Shown here: one piece after another, positions 1 to 14,734 of the stretch
How positions within the stretch are numbered: position 1 is the first letter of the stretch
How the letters are laid out: every line of letters starts with the position of its first letter
From: Paramecium tetraurelia
Taxonomy: Eukaryota
Assembly (NCBI GenBank): GCA_000165425.1
Contig: CT868074.1
Coordinates: 372,001-436,000, forward strand
Length of the DNA stretch: 64,000 nt
Reading direction: 5' to 3'
The notes under the pieces: model-generated
Databases searched by the model: none
What the model saw: only the letters and a program-made list of their open reading frames with translations
What the model was told of the DNA's origin: nothing
Translations under genes and position numbers: made by a program

Positions 1-3000
1 TTCAGATATCATAAAAGAAAACGCCATCCTAAATAAATTAACAGAAACTTAAAACAGTTAAATTGAAAGATTAAGTAAATCTAATCAAGCATAATCTTAA
101 GAAATGATTGATTTGAAGAATTAATAAAGATAGGAATAATATTGGAAAAATGAATACTAAAAATTAGCTCTAAAGTATGGAGAAGATGTATCAAATAAGT
201 CTCCAAACTAAGAGGATCTAATAAATTAAATAGATGAAAATATCTAAGTAGAGAGTATTAATGAACTTAAAAATTAAAATGATTTATTACAGTAATAATT
301 AATTGATTAAATCGAAGAACTAAAACTCACAAAGATTAAATTTTAAGAATAACTGCTTTAGGCTCAAAGATAAATAAATGATTTATTAAACAATTAAATT
401 CCTTAGCCTACTTAATCATAAGAATCCATTCAATTTTAAAATGATCCTTAGAAAGCCTTATAATTAAGTTAATTAAAATAATAAAATTAGTCTTTAAATA
501 AATAAATTGAAGAATTAGAATAAATTAGAAAGAAAGATCTTCAAAAGTTCCAAGACATGATTGAGAATGGAATCAATGAAAATTAAATTTTAAGCTTACA
601 AAAGGAAAAACAAGAATTGCAATCAGAATTAAGAGTTTCAAAGAATAAAGTTGATAACCTTTAATAAGAATAGTTAATTTTGCAAAGTTAATTGACTTAG
701 AAAACAAAATAATTAATTGATATTCATGATTAGATTTAATTAGATGAAGCTAAAAATGTATAATTATAACTATAGAATGAAAATGATCTTCTAAAGAAAT
801 AATTGCATAAAATTAAAGAATAATATCAAGAATTACTATAATTATAATCTGAAAATTTAACACCAAATGGCTTATAAGAGAAGATATTATAGTAAACTTA
901 ATACATTCATGATTTAGAGGAATAGGTTTAAAGTCTATAGCATTAAGTTGAAACTCAAATTCCTTAGCTTTCTGGAGAAATAGTAGAATTGAAATTAAAG
1001 TTAAAAGATGCTATAACAGATGCTTAATTATGGAATAATAAATATAACGAAGTAATACAAATTTAATAAGAAAGATCTGAAAACTAATTATAAAAACTAC
1101 AATTGCAGATAGCTGAAAAGGATGAAAAAATTGAATAATAAAAACTAAAATTTGATCAATTATTTTAAGAATAGATAAGTTAATTATCTCCATCATCAGC
1201 AAAAGCCAAACTTCTAAAAGCATTTTAATAAATTATTGATTTAGAAGAGAAATTATAAGCAGCTGAAGATTTGAAAAATTAATATTAAAGCTAGCTTATA
1301 AATGTTAACTAATCGAATCAAATCTTAGATGAACTCTAAGAGTATAAACAAAAACTTGAAATGCAAGAAAAAGTTAATTAAATTTAAGATTCCTAGATTT
1401 CATTTTATAAAGAATAGCTCTCTTAGTAGAACCAAACACCCTCTAATTAATAAATAATGGATCAACTTGAAAATGAGAAATAGAAATCGTAATTCTGGAA
1501 ATAGCAGTATACTGAGATGATTAAATAAAAGGAACCTTAAGGAGATTTAAATGAAATTATAAAATAAAAAGAAGGCGAAATAGTATAATAGTTTAAATAA
1601 CCTTAAGATTAAAATAGTTAAGCATTTCTTAAAGAGATTGAAGATTTGAAAAAATAAAATATCTATCTTTAATAATTAATAATCAATACACAAAGTAAAT
1701 TAAAAACCTAAGAATAAAAAGAGCAATTTTAGGAAGAATACTCTTAGGATTAAGAGAAATAAAGTCTTGGATTATAGAATTAGGCTTTGGCTAAATAAGT
1801 GGAGGAATTGAAAAGAATAAATTAAGAGTATTATTATTTTATTATATACTAGTATTCTTTAATAAATGAATAAGGCTCTTAGTGGAGATGATAAGTCGTA
1901 ATTAATATCAGAATTGCTTTAGAAGAATACTCTCTTGAATTTAGCAAACTCTAAACTTCTAATTGATTTGGAAGCAAATCAAAAGGAATTGTTTAGATAG
2001 GGTTAGTAATAATAACAATCAAGTGAAATGATAAAGAATTTAGATAGAAGTGATATGACTGATGATAAATAGAGAATTGCTGATTTATAAAATTAAATCG
2101 AATTAGCAGGATAATAAATAGATTTTTGGAAATAAAAATATCAAACAGTTTTAAATGATTTCAGTCAATAACATTCACCTACCAGTTTGTAGAAATAGTT
2201 AATAGATTAAGTTTCTTAAATTCATCAATAAGAAGAAGCACTTTTTGTACTCTAATAGACCACAGATAAAGTTAAGTTATAGAATGAAAACCAGATTAAT
2301 TCACTTTAAAGAGAAATTGAAATAATCAAGGATTAGATTGATTAATTATAAAAACAATTAATAAGTGAATAAAATATTTGCTAATAGTTAAGTCAACAAA
2401 AGATATAATAGTAATAGGTAAATGAAAAATAGATTAACTTCTGGAAAGATAAATATGAAAATAATTTAAAAAGTGTTCATGAAAATCCTGAAAAGGTTTA
2501 AACTATTTTAAAATAAGCTGAAAAGGAAGCTCAAAATTTAATTGTTGAATAGGATTTAGCTTAAATCAATATGAATCTAGAATTAATTGATAGATTAAGA
2601 ATGGAAAACTAAAAGTCTTAGGATGAAATTAAATTCTATAAGAAGAGAGTATTAGAACTTGAGTAATAGCAATAGAAGATTCAACCAAGTTAATACGATA
2701 CTATATAATCAAGGTAGTATTAAATTACATAAATGGAGAGAGATTTATAAAAAGCAATTCAAAATTAAGAGTTTTGGTAATAAAAGTATAATGATGTTGT
2801 TTAATAAAATATTGACAAAGAAATTGGTTAACAAGGAGATGTTTAAAACTCTGCAAGTTATTGGAGATAAAAATATGATCAAGCAGAATAGAACAGATAA
2901 GAATTAATATAAAAAATTGCTGAAAAAGAAAAACAATTAGAATAGAATATGCAATCCTTTTAATCAATGCTTAAGGACGAATTAAAAGAAGAGTTAACAA

Positions 3001-3923
3001 AGATCAGATCCCAAGAAAAATAGAAGATACCAGAACAAACACTAAATGAATCCAATTTATTACAAAAGTTAAAAGAATAACATGAAAATGAGAAATAACA
3101 ATTAATATAAGAGTTTTTAAGAAGAATTGATTAATTATTAATTAGCAATGTATAAAAATATCCAGAAGGAGAAAATTGGAAAGAACTTATTCTGAAATAT
3201 GAGAAATAACGTTAAAATGAACTTTACGAATTGAAATAATAATTACAGATTTTATAAAGATCACAAATTCAAACTCAAGATATCGAATTTTATGCTGAGA
3301 GAAGAGTCTATGAGAATACAATTAATGAACTCAAAAGTAGAATTTAGTATGATGATCAACAAGAACTTTTTGATACTATTGAGTATTAAAGAAAAGTAAT
3401 ACAAGGTCTAGAGGATCAGATATCATTCATATCAAATCAAAAATAGCATTTAAATCAACACATTTAAGAACTAAACGAAGAAATTGAGATGCTTAGAGAC
3501 AATCTATAAAAATACCAACTTCAATCTGATAATAGAAAAAAATAACGACTTGAAGTGTTGGAGGCAATATCAGAGATGAAAAGAGAAAGAACTCGAGAAA
3601 GAGACTCTTAGAAATCACCTTTCTAATCTATGAGGCCTAGCCAAAATAAATATTCGTAGGATAGATATCCTCGGGATTATCTCAGGCCATCTAATATACC
3701 ATAATAGTTTTCATCATTTAAGGAACATAATTCTCCAATTTAAAGAATTCCTTATCCATCAGTTTAATTTATATCTTCATAATAAGAGAATAGAGAAATA
3801 CCTTAAAAATTATAAGAGTTGGAAGAAGTTAAGAATAAATACTAAACGGCGTTAAATAATATACTAAAATTAGAGACTTAAGTTGTTGAAAAGCTATAGT
3901 AGGATGATATAATTATTCAATGA
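1..3923 (+). CDS. Large Gln/Glu/Lys-rich coiled-coil protein, 5'-truncated at window edge
   Basis: Frame 2 is open from base 2 under code 6 (SDIIKENAILNKLTETQNSQIERL...). Intron 1828-1852 (gtatta...actag, 25 nt). TGA at 3921-3923. Heptad-like composition, no recognisable domain. Confidence 0.8.
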
Positions 3924-4534
3924 ATAACTTTTTTCTTCTAATATCTATAATCATAATTTAAATTATAAGTCAAAAATCCATCATATAATATATTTTCAAA
4001 TCAATAACGATCTCCTAAAAAGAATTTAGTCCTTTTATTCTAATCTACTCCAATATCATTTCTCTTAATTTTCATTTATAAAATTATACTAAAGTGTTTT
4101 AATATTAATATTAATTTTATATGGCATTTTAGTTAATAAATTTTTATATAAAATAAATAGATTATATAGGTTGACAACAATATATCATGTACTTTAATTC
4201 TTAAGAATATTACAAAATTGGTATCTATGTATTATTTAATAAATTAAGAATTTAAAATACTTTTCCATATATAAACGTTGTAACAAAATTAATTCGTTTA
4301 ATAAAAGATTAAGTGAGATATTTACACCAAGATGTAAGTTACATTAATCATTGTTATTTAGATTATCAAATTGAGTTATGTTATTATTTATTGTTTAGAT
4401 TAGTAATGGATGAATAATTATCTTACTTATATTATAAAGTATATACAAACAAACAGATAAATAAAGATTGTACATAAAAATACAAACATTGAATTCACAT
4501 ATTGTATTATAATAGATTTTTTTTAAAATTTACA

Positions 4535-5100
4535 TCAAAAATTGGCATTAACCTATCTTAACTATTTACTTGAATTACCAAGACTGCATCATTCATTTCT
4601 GTTTACTTACATGATGAATTGTGCATATTATAACTATTGTTCTCTGTTGATGTAGATATATGATATTTTCTTTTTTCTTTAAAGAATTTTTCTAAATTGT
4701 TTTTAGCATATTGAGCGATACTAGAAATTAATTCTTTTTTGACTCTCTATTGTGGCGTTTTTATTGCTGGTAAATGATTTATTAAAGTTTGAGAGTTACT
4801 TTCTGTGCCAGGTAATTTTTTTATTATAATTTTACTCCCCTTTTCAAGTATATCAATATTATAGTGTTTGTGTAATATTGTATTAGCCCAACTTGATCGA
4901 TATGGATTCTCTATCTAAAATATATATATAGTATAACTTTTCTAGCCCTAATTAAATCTTCCAAGCTCCCCTTATTTTCTATAAGTAGCGATATTTGATT
5001 GATCTAAACATGGCTCTTTAGAAAAGTCTAAAAATGTGATTGGTTCCGATAATTCAGGAATATAGAGAGAGCTCTAGCTAAAGATGTTTGTCTGTTGCAT
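4535..5100 (-). CDS. Hypothetical protein
   Basis: ATG at 5100 (MQQTNIFSQSSLYIPELSEP...), one short intron near 4915-4937, probable TGA at 4535-4537. Confidence 0.6.
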
Positions 5101-5236
5101 TTTTGTTTAATTTTATAAAAAAATTATATATTGATTTTTGGATATGAAATGAAGGGATTTGATGATTTAATAATTTAATCTCTAAATTGTTGTAAATTAG
5201 TAAAGATAAAATGATTTTAATAAGTTTAGACCTAAT

Positions 5237-5666
5237 TCAATATACTTTATAAATCTTTTATGTTTCAAAAAAATCAAGTAGATTTAATGGATCTGCTTGT
5301 GCAACTGGTATCCAAGAAAATAGTTAAGATGGAAGCCATTTAACCAAACACTCCTTACCATTAAAATCGAAAATGCATGCTTATTCTTAATTTTCTGTGT
5401 TTTAGGTGAACCCAACAAATTGCAATTTTTCATACAGTAATCTCTCTGCAACCTCATAACAACGATAACATTACTAAATCTGGGTAATTTTATTTGACGA
5501 TTTGATAAGGTAGTATGGCAGAATCTGGTTTGTAATGATGGATTTTTTTGAAAGAGAGCCAAACCTTCTCATTTTCAATTTTGATAATGCCAATCGGTTA
5601 GGAAGAGGATCGTTTTTCAATATTAAGCGGAATCTAGTCCTACTCATTTGATTCATCTTTCTTCAT
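5237..5666 (-). CDS. 135-aa protein with two chromo-shadow-like segments
   Basis: MKKDESNEQD...EKVWLSFKK...AILPYQIVKQNYPDL|VAERLLYEK...FNGKECLVKWLPSQLFSWIPVAQADPLNLLDFFETQKIYKVY*. A 22-nt intron at 5453-5474 joins the two frames exactly (408 nt spliced). Confidence 0.6.
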
Positions 5667-5710
5667 TTAAATGAATACAAAAAGTAAATTATAAAATATT
5701 ATATATTTTT

Positions 5711-6684
5711 ATGTCATTTTTCTAAGACTTTAACAAAGTGAAAGTATAAAATATAGTAAATTCAGAAATAACAAGATATTTTAGAGCTTTAGGATCTACA
5801 TTAAAAAGATGGAGAAGCATAAGTCGCTAAGTTGACTTAGATGGCACATGCAAGAATACGCAATTTTGAAAAGGTTTATCATTATATGAACGAAGAAGTA
5901 ATTATATGATTATAAATAGATTATTAATAGTAGATCTTTAAAGGGAATGGATGATATGTATATAATTGAAAAGTATTTTTATTTAGACCGGTGTTAGTCA
6001 AAGAAGCAAAAAATGATTTAGACGAAATGCTAAAAATAATTTAAGAGATGCAATCTATTCAACTATTTAGAAAGACTGAGAATGTAAATAACTTTATAAT
6101 TGACTATTAGTCACAAAGATAGCAAACCGTATAGAAATTGATTCAAGTATTCTCAGATTCAAATGAAAAATTAAAAAAATTAACCGATTAGTTATTATCA
6201 AGATAGTAAACAAGTTTATAATCTGCAAAACAATCGATCAAGGAACGTTAGAACGATGCTTAAATAAATGTATAATTGTTAGATGAATTGCAATATGACG
6301 AGGAATTTATATAAAGACGAAATAAATAGATAAACGAAATAGCATAGTATTATAATAACGTATGTTAGAGTTGTATACTAACTAAATCAAATGATGGCAG
6401 AGGGAGCTGAAATGATAAAAAACCAAGGACTTAAAATTGATATCATAAGTTCAAATGTGAAAAGTGCCAAAGAAAAAGTGGATGGTGCATGTGTAGAAGT
6501 GAAAAAAGCATCCTAAGTTTAATAAGGGAATAATGGAAGAATGTAATATTTGTATTTGAGTGAGTTTAGGCTCTTCTTTTGTGGCATCATCACATTAATA
6601 GTTGTGATTATAGTATTGTTGTTCAGTGCAGGTTCTAGACCTCATACAGATCCCAATCCTTAATAACCATAAACATAAAATTGA
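5711..6684 (+). CDS. Syntaxin-family SNARE (Qa type)
   Basis: SNARE motif IQRRNKQINEIAQ...LNQMMAEGAEMIKNQGLKIDIISSNVKSAKEKVDGACVEVKKA followed by a C-terminal TM (FFCGIITLIVVIIVLLF). Several short introns. Confidence 0.85.
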
Positions 6685-6714
6685 TATTAATATTCATTAT
6701 ATAATTCACCACAA

Positions 6715-7998
6715 ATGAAATTGAAACAATTTTTCATCGTCGCAGTCAAACCAATTAGAATAAACAAAACTTTAGAACGTATTGGGAGATTGCCTTCAAA
6801 ATATTTGTTATCACCTATCTTAAAAGAGCAGAAAGATATCAATCCTTAAGAATTGAAAGATTAAACCGGTTTGGATTTTCAATATCAGTATCAACCAAAC
6901 AAAATTGGGAGATAAAAAGATTACTTTTTGAATTAGGACCAATATAAGGAATTTGCATACAAAAATCCTCATGGCAAAGTCCATATTTTTAATTACTAAA
7001 ATGTGAACTTTACATTGGCAGGATCATAATGGGAACACGTTCCAATCAAAAATCTATACAAGCTATTGCTATTTTCCAGACCTTCATTGATTATGCTCTA
7101 AATGAAACCTGATCAAATACTTAAAGGCTTTGAATATAAATTTAAATCATCAAAGGATTATATCAATTAGATTGTCAGAGAACCTGATGAGATTATGCCT
7201 GTTGGATATCATGAAAAAATAGCAGAAGCCTTATAATATGAGAAATTGGACTTTTTAGATTATGAACCATATATAAATAAGGAAAGAATCGATTATGATA
7301 AAATAGCCACCATCTCATATTATGCCAAAAAGTTTAATGCAAAAATTATGTTAGCTGATATTCCAGCACTCATCTTTAGGGAGACCCTCTGCAACTAATT
7401 AACACTTCCTTAATTGTAATAATATTTTAAAATTGCATGTCTGGCAACACCTTAAAATCCAGACATCTATCCAAACACTCCTATGAATGTTGCATATTAA
7501 ATATTACCGCATATATTCTTAAAAAGATCAGATGAATTCATGACTACCTTAATAGAGTATTTGGCAGCAAAGAAATAATACAAAAGAATTTTTGGTCTAT
7601 TTGGCAACATGCAATCTGACGCTATTGTAAATTTATTAGACAATAAGTCTGCATCTCATTTAAAATATGAATTGGAAATTCCTAAAATAAAGAAAACACT
7701 TTTCAAAGACTTAACTTGCGAAGATTTAGTAGAAAGACATGCTATATTAGATGTGATGTTTTATGGTGACGTAGAAGAAGAAATTGACATTGAATAATAA
7801 GATTATTTCTTCCCAGAAACTATGGCTATTATTGACAAATATGCAGATCCATAATTCATTGATAAAACTAGACCAGCATAAATGAGATATTTACATCTAG
7901 AAATGCTCAAGAAATATTCAATATTCCAACATAAATATTATAAATTGGGAAAATTAAAATTAAAAGAAGAATATATGGAAAAAGCCAATTTAGTTTGA
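6715..7998 (+). CDS. TraB/TRABD-like protein, probably mitochondrial
   Basis: Intronless ORF with a basic N-terminus. Blocks FTLAGSQWEHVPIKNLYKLLLFSRPSLIMLQM, YAKKFNAKIMLADIP and LKRSDEFMTTLIEY...RIFGLFGNMQSDAI resemble the TraB-family blocks in order. Confidence 0.55.
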
Positions 7999-8034
7999 TG
8001 TTATTGTTTTATTTATTTTAATCTTAATAATTAT

Positions 8035-8679
8035 TCATAATGTTGTAAAAACCTCTTCATATTTATATTTCTTAAATAAACTTAAAATTGGTTTGAACTT
8101 TTCGTCTTTGTAGGACTATAACAATTCATATAAAACTGACTGTGAATTATCTATTACTACTCCCTGTTAAGCTAATCTTTAATAGCATGTTGATCTATAA
8201 AGCGGTCGATTGCTCGATGTTCCATCGGTTAAGATATGAACCTAACAACCTAGAGTATATCTTAATTTTGCTACCATTTCTAACTAAATCCAGACAGGTT
8301 TGTTAAACACAGACATGTGCTTCCCAACCATATATGACAACTTAATTCTTGTCAGGATATTAAGATAGAACCTTCTTTCCGTCCTCATTATACATTGAAA
8401 ATGTGTGTTTTTCGTAATAATGACTATTTGATGGAATTGTAGCCTTGACTTCTGGAATTGTTGATCCAAAAGCCTTGACATTTTATTCGGTATAAACAAC
8501 TGGGATATTTAATATGCCTGCTGCCTATATTGTTATCATTGACAACATACTTCATTCATTAATTGGGCACATTATATTGTTTAACCTGGGTTATACATGT
8601 GTTTAGGATTGTTAAAGACAGTTTATATATCACAATTAAAAAAGAGCACTCTATTTCGTAATAATTAGCAAATCTTCAT
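8035..8679 (-). CDS. Isochorismatase-domain protein (ISOC1/ISOC2-like)
   Basis: VLFFNCDIQ, LNIPVVYTEQNVKAFGSTIPEV, KHTFSM, VVIYGWEAHVCVQQTCLDL. Two short introns. TGA at 8035-8037. Confidence 0.9.
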
Positions 8680-9225
8680 TAAATATGATATTAATTTTAT
8701 AATAAATTTATTATAACAATTGATAATTATTTTAAAAATCCACTAAAATTTTTCATCTTAAGAGAATTTAATTAATGTATATATTGATCGTCAAAATGTT
8801 TCTAATATTGTTTTAACATATCATAAATTATTGAAATATATACTACATTATGTACTAATAGTTAGGTAGCTAACTAATTGGGATTACAACATTTTAATTA
8901 AAACCAATATTTATTTCAAATCAATTATTTATTGGTGTAGATTTTTAATAGATCAAATCTCTAGAGTAGTAAATGTAAATATCTCACTATTTTCTAATCT
9001 TAAATATTCCTTTTTTTTTATTATTCACTATATTAATTTTATATTTAAGATAAATAAATATAGACATTTTAAATTTTTATTCAATTACATTGAATACAAA
9101 TTTAATAATAATCGATGCTGAAATAAAGTGAGTAAAATTACATTCTAAAACATTATTATAATTTATATAAATAAATAGTGATTACACACAATTAAATATA
9201 GGTCACATTTTGAAATGATGTATTG

Positions 9226-9735
9226 TCATAGCTTTATTTAATTACTCTTTATTACTTCATATTATTATTGAATATTTTGAATTTCTTCCCATTTTTATTT
9301 TTCAAAAAGTAGCATTTGTTATAATATTTCTGTTGTGTATTCTTTCTCTCTAAGTTAATTAATTTGATTGTTATAATGCTTAACTATTCTATAGATTTTT
9401 TCATCTCTCTAGTTATCTAACTCCAATAAAACATTTTCATATAGTGACTCCTAATAATCCTCGGTGTCAGCCAATGACTAATTCTTGCTGTTAGTGTTGC
9501 TTGACATATATACTCCACAACTCGAAGATTTTGCTATTGCTTTGTTGAAAATTCTTTTTTGAATTCTTTCTTTTATTTTCTCACTTTATAAATCCAAGTC
9601 CTTTTTAAAAAGTTATGTTATCTTTTTTTATTCTTCTTTTGAATTTTAGATAAATTGTTGAACTTATTTTCGTTTGCGTTAGATCTCGTTATCTTCATCA
9701 GGATCTGTCTTACAACGATCAGAAATATGAGACAT
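9226..9735 (-). CDS. Hypothetical coiled-coil protein (169 aa)
   Basis: Intronless code-6 ORF MSHISDRCKTDPDEDNEIQRKRKQ...NQIKL*. Confidence 0.7.
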
Positions 9736-9759
9736 TATTTAATTTAATTATTTAATACA

Positions 9760-12700
9760 TCACCCAAACATTTTTAGTACTATTTAACCTGATTGCTAAG
9801 GCTGTCTTTGTTTAGCCTCTCTCTATTATTTTTCTTAACTATAAATTTAATTGTTTTAAATACATTTCTCTTTAAATATCATCTTATATTAGTTAAACTT
9901 TTTCAGATAAGTCATCTGGTAAATTCAATTAATTCATCTAAGTATTCATCAATATGATTTTCAGATTTTATTTTGAAGCTTCAACGATAGACGAATCCAA
10001 GTTTTCCTCTGTGAAAAGATCCATGATTCTGAAGGCACTCTGGAATAATTGCTATTTTTGATTGCTCAATAAATAACTGAGCAATAAAAACTTCCCTATC
10101 AATATATATGAATCCGATTCCTTATTTGAAATTTTCCGATATATTGCAGGGAGCATACAGTTTAATATAGACTATACATTCTATTTAATTTGTTTTATTA
10201 ACGCCAAAGCAATCTATAATAGATTTGTAAAATGCACTATTTTAATAATAAGAAATAATATTACAATCTATTAATTAATAATATTCCTAATTATCATTAT
10301 GATTGTTGATTAAACCATCCAAATTTAATAATATGTAATAATCTTCTTGTCTCTTTTTTTAGGCACTAGATATCGCTTATAAAATTGTTGAAATATAGCC
10401 ATTATATTTTAAACTATATATTTTATCTTTATAAAATTAAATTAGTTGCGTGCATCTCATGAATTCATATTCTTAGGTGAGTAAAAAATCCCAAAATATA
10501 GTATTTATTTAATCTAAAGCCTAGGGATTTTGTTAGGATATTTTTAATAAAGATGCTAAACAATTTAATTTTAAGTTCTAATCTACTGTCAATTAATATA
10601 TTTGAATCAAAGGTTCAAGGATTAGTTATAAATCAATTTAATGATGAATAAGGGTTTGATAAAATTGCTAACAAATAACTAAAGAATAAGGTGCCTCTGC
10701 AGAGATTATAGGTAATAAGTTTTGAACTCCGCTAATCAGTAATTAATTTTGAGGATTTTTATTGATAACTTCAGTGAGTAATTAGATTCCCTTTATTCTA
10801 TAAGATCTACATTATAGAATTCTTTATTTAGTAAGATTTTCTATGGTTTTTTTGAACATATTCTCATTTTGTTCAAATGCTCCCTAAATATGATAAATAA
10901 TCTTACATATTATGTAATAATGTAGCCAATTAAAGTAAAGTGGATAGGCTTATCAAGGTTTGAGATTCGCAGTAGTTTTGGCAAGGATTGATGGAGAAAG
11001 CCTTGGTCAAAGCTATATTTCTTTCCATTGTAGACAAAATTATAAGACTGACATTCCCTTACATGAGATCTTGGAGTACATAGAATCACAAATATATCCT
11101 CCAGTAATTCTTCGACATAGCAGTTCAACTACTCTATTAGAGCTTGATCAAAGTATTTTGGTATTTTTCTGTAGATACTTCCTAATGAAACAATTCTCTA
11201 TATTAGGATATTGAGTTAGGACTTTTCGCTAAAAAATTAGCTAGGTACTAGTTTCTTTCTGCCTTCATCTAACAATGGTTTAGATAATAATTAAATTAAT
11301 TTTGTAGCCAAAAATTCATCTTTTACAATTTTAGCAAATTTACTAATAAGTTTCATGTTCGTTAGGTTTACAGAAGGAGGATTTTAATTTTCTCTTCTAA
11401 TTGTATCACATAATATTGAATCTATTTGAGCTGCAAAACTTAATAGGTCCTTCTCCTTGTAAAAAAAGTGTTGGAACATATCAAATGATATTTCCTTTGC
11501 TTCTTCATAGATGGAAGTTGTAATTTTGAATAGAAAATCAAATACCTGATCTGATGTATCACATTATTTAAATAGCTTTTACAATCTTTTTAGAAGAAAG
11601 ATTCTTGTTTTAATGTGGATTGGTATTCTTTCTTATTGCTCAGGTATCACTTCATCTAAGACATAAGGCTATAGAAGTTGAAGTAACTCTGCAATAGGTT
11701 GGTTATAAACTTTTATGAAAATATTTTTCATCAAATTCCGAAGTTCCATTTATTCTTAGGTTGAATGAACTCTCTAATTAGAAAATAAATTATTCAAAAC
11801 AAATAAAATAGGTTACACTAAAGAAGGCATAGTATATTTATCAGTTAGTTAATCTATAAAGATTGCAATTTTAAGTGATGGCTTTTTTAATAATAAATTA
11901 ATAGCTTTTGTAACAGTCTATTCATTGTCTTATTCTAATGCAAAGTCTAATTATAAAATTTAGAATTGTTTTGACTATAGTCTGCATCTACATTCCTGAT
12001 AGATGATATTAAAGTAATTGTCCTTAATACCACCATTTCTAACATAATTCAAAATAATTTCAGCAAGAATTTTAAACTAGCATATTTAGATAGGTTTATC
12101 ACTTTAACTTATTGCAAATACAAGGAACACCCACACATTTTTGAGTAAACTTGGGTCAATCTACTAAAATAGTTGAATAACTTTGGCAACATCAGTTGTC
12201 ATTTATGATAATACTTTCATCAGAAGATTTTGCACTTGTAATTAAACTCCCAGTAAGTTTCTTTTTCAGAATCTCTAAAACTAAATAGGTGAAATTAGCT
12301 TATGACTTTTAAGATAACAATTGGTTTAATTATTCTGCTTGGTCAACATCCTTAATTTATAACATTGAACAATAAAGGTGGGCACACAATTATTGGATTT
12401 AATTATCAACACATTAACACAAATTAATAATTTGAAATATTTGTTCATTGAATTCTTGAGATACAAGTGAATTTGCCTAATAAATTTTAAGTGCAATTTA
12501 ATATAGACAAAATAAATAACATTATTGTTTAGATTACTTCTATTAGATATCTTTAATATTAACAACTTATGTTTGTAGAGTGCCATTTACATATCTAATG
12601 AAATTGATTTTATTTTTGAGGGTAAAAGATTGTGAAGAAATGATATGACCTAAAAATTTGCTAGCTGCTAATACTAACTAAAATTCTGATCTAGGAATTC

Positions 12701-14734
12701 CCATAAGTTCATCAACATAATGATTATTTTTATGAACATTTACTTAATTCCATAGTGAATTTCCATTTATTATATCTTCAAGACAAAATTATACAAGTGA
12801 ATTTAATTCATTTGAATAATATTTTGGTTGAATTTATCTGATTGCCTAATAAAATACATATTTCGAAGATATCACAAATGGTGATTACTTATCGAATTTG
12901 CATTATGATAACTTAGCAAACATCAAAATAGTTTGTTAAGCTAAAAACTTTCTAGTTGTATCCTTAATTTATTTTGATAATGTGCTACTATTTAGTATTG
13001 AAATAATGACTAGACCAACACTACAATAACTCAATAATTGTTATTCATCCTTAATCTCCTCTTTAGAAGTTAGATTTTTTTCTATTAATATTCCAATTTC
13101 CTTCACTTTATTAGTTGTTCCAAAATATGGAACCATCATTAACTCAGCAATTATGATCCAACCGGTTCTTCTTAATGATGAAGATTTATCTAAAAATGAT
13201 TTTGCAGTTTCCCATAAATGATTGATTAATTCACTTGATATTGAATGCAATTATAAATCTAACAAAGAGAATAATTTCGATAACAATGCACATTAAACTC
13301 TCAGTTAATTTAACAGTTAATTAGTTTCTTTTACATTAATTTCTGCTAATGTGATTTTAGCATAGTTAAGTAATGCTGACAAAATGCTCTATTACCATTT
13401 TTTATTCTCTTAAAAATAAAGATTCAAAAGTGTTGAAACAAATTTCTACTCACACTAATACAGATTGGTTTATCAATGCTCATTGGATGCTATAGAATAT
13501 CACTGATTTTGAAAATAGGAGTTAGGATATCTATAAATTCTGAGGGTTTCGATCTTTTATCATCAAAAACATTTGAACCTAATGTATCAAATAAGAAATT
13601 TATTCCTTTTAAGAGTAATTTATAGATATACACATTCCATTTCTAAGTTTTTGCTTTAGTAATCTTATCAAAAAAATATTCTAACAAATCCTTTCTTTCA
13701 TTCAACTGAACCTGTTAAACCATGAAGAGGCATAGATTGACTGCTCTATGTTATTCAAATAATTAGATACTTTTGATAAACTGTGTGGAGATGAGGATCT
13801 TCTAATGGCATACTTCCTAAATATGAACAAGAGATCTCAAATGATCCTCTCACTATAGAAAGTCCTAATTTTTTAAATTCATGAGTCAAATATCTAAATA
13901 ATTAAGAAAGTGCTACTTTTTATATGCTATGAATATGCTTCCAACAATATTTGAAGGGAATTTAGATAAATTTTCATCAAAAAGCTGAAATATTTTTTGG
14001 GCCTATTCTCTTGGTTAAAGTTACACCTAAGATTTCAATTTATCTTTTTTTGTTAGAGCCACGATATTTTATTATTAGAAGAGGTATCTAGAAAAATATT
14101 TATAAAATAAGGGGGAGTCATCTGATTTATAGGCTATTATATACATTTGTTCTGATATCACTTCCTCTTACATTAAGTGTATTAGTGTTTACATTCCTGC
14201 TTATTAGAGAACCTCGAGTTTTTCATTTTACGCAAATTTCAAGGCTATTTTAAGAATTTCAATTTTTTATGATTCAATCAAGAAATTTAACACATTGCAT
14301 AGTTACAATCGATAATCAGAGCTCTTTAACAACTTCATCAATGTGGTGGTAATATCTTATGTTAGAGTATATGAAAATGATTGGATTTCGTGTTTGGTTA
14401 GTTGAATTAATGTAACAAGCAAAGTCAAAGCAATACTTTTTAATGATCCCTTTTTGTTGATGTATTGCAATATATTCTCCACAACTTATTTGATTTATTC
14501 ATTTCCTGTTTTAGCAATTAATAGAGAGAAGGAATTGCAAATCATCTATTGTGTATGTTGAGGAAACTAAAATTAAATGAGTAGCTAGACTAATTAGATT
14601 AATTCTTAATTTTATTAATTTTTTGCAATCTCATTCAACATCTCAACCAATCTTGCAAAATGACTCATTTAAAGTTATTTATCTGTTGGCACTTATTACT
14701 TGAGTTTATCTTGTACACTAGCGATTAAATTCAT
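9760..14734 (-). CDS. Large HEAT/ARM-repeat protein, HEATR5/Laa1/SWEETIE-like
   Basis: About 1600-aa Leu/Ile-rich helical protein with several short introns. HSISSELINHLWETAKSFLDKSSSLRRTGWIIIAELM resembles the conserved HEATR5 block. Confidence 0.6.

Noticed and set aside
5287..5651. Plus-strand gene with an intron-like gtaatt...ataag and a possible GC-AG intron
   Set aside because: No coherent plus-strand ORF. The minus-strand spliced ORF is complete and domain-like.
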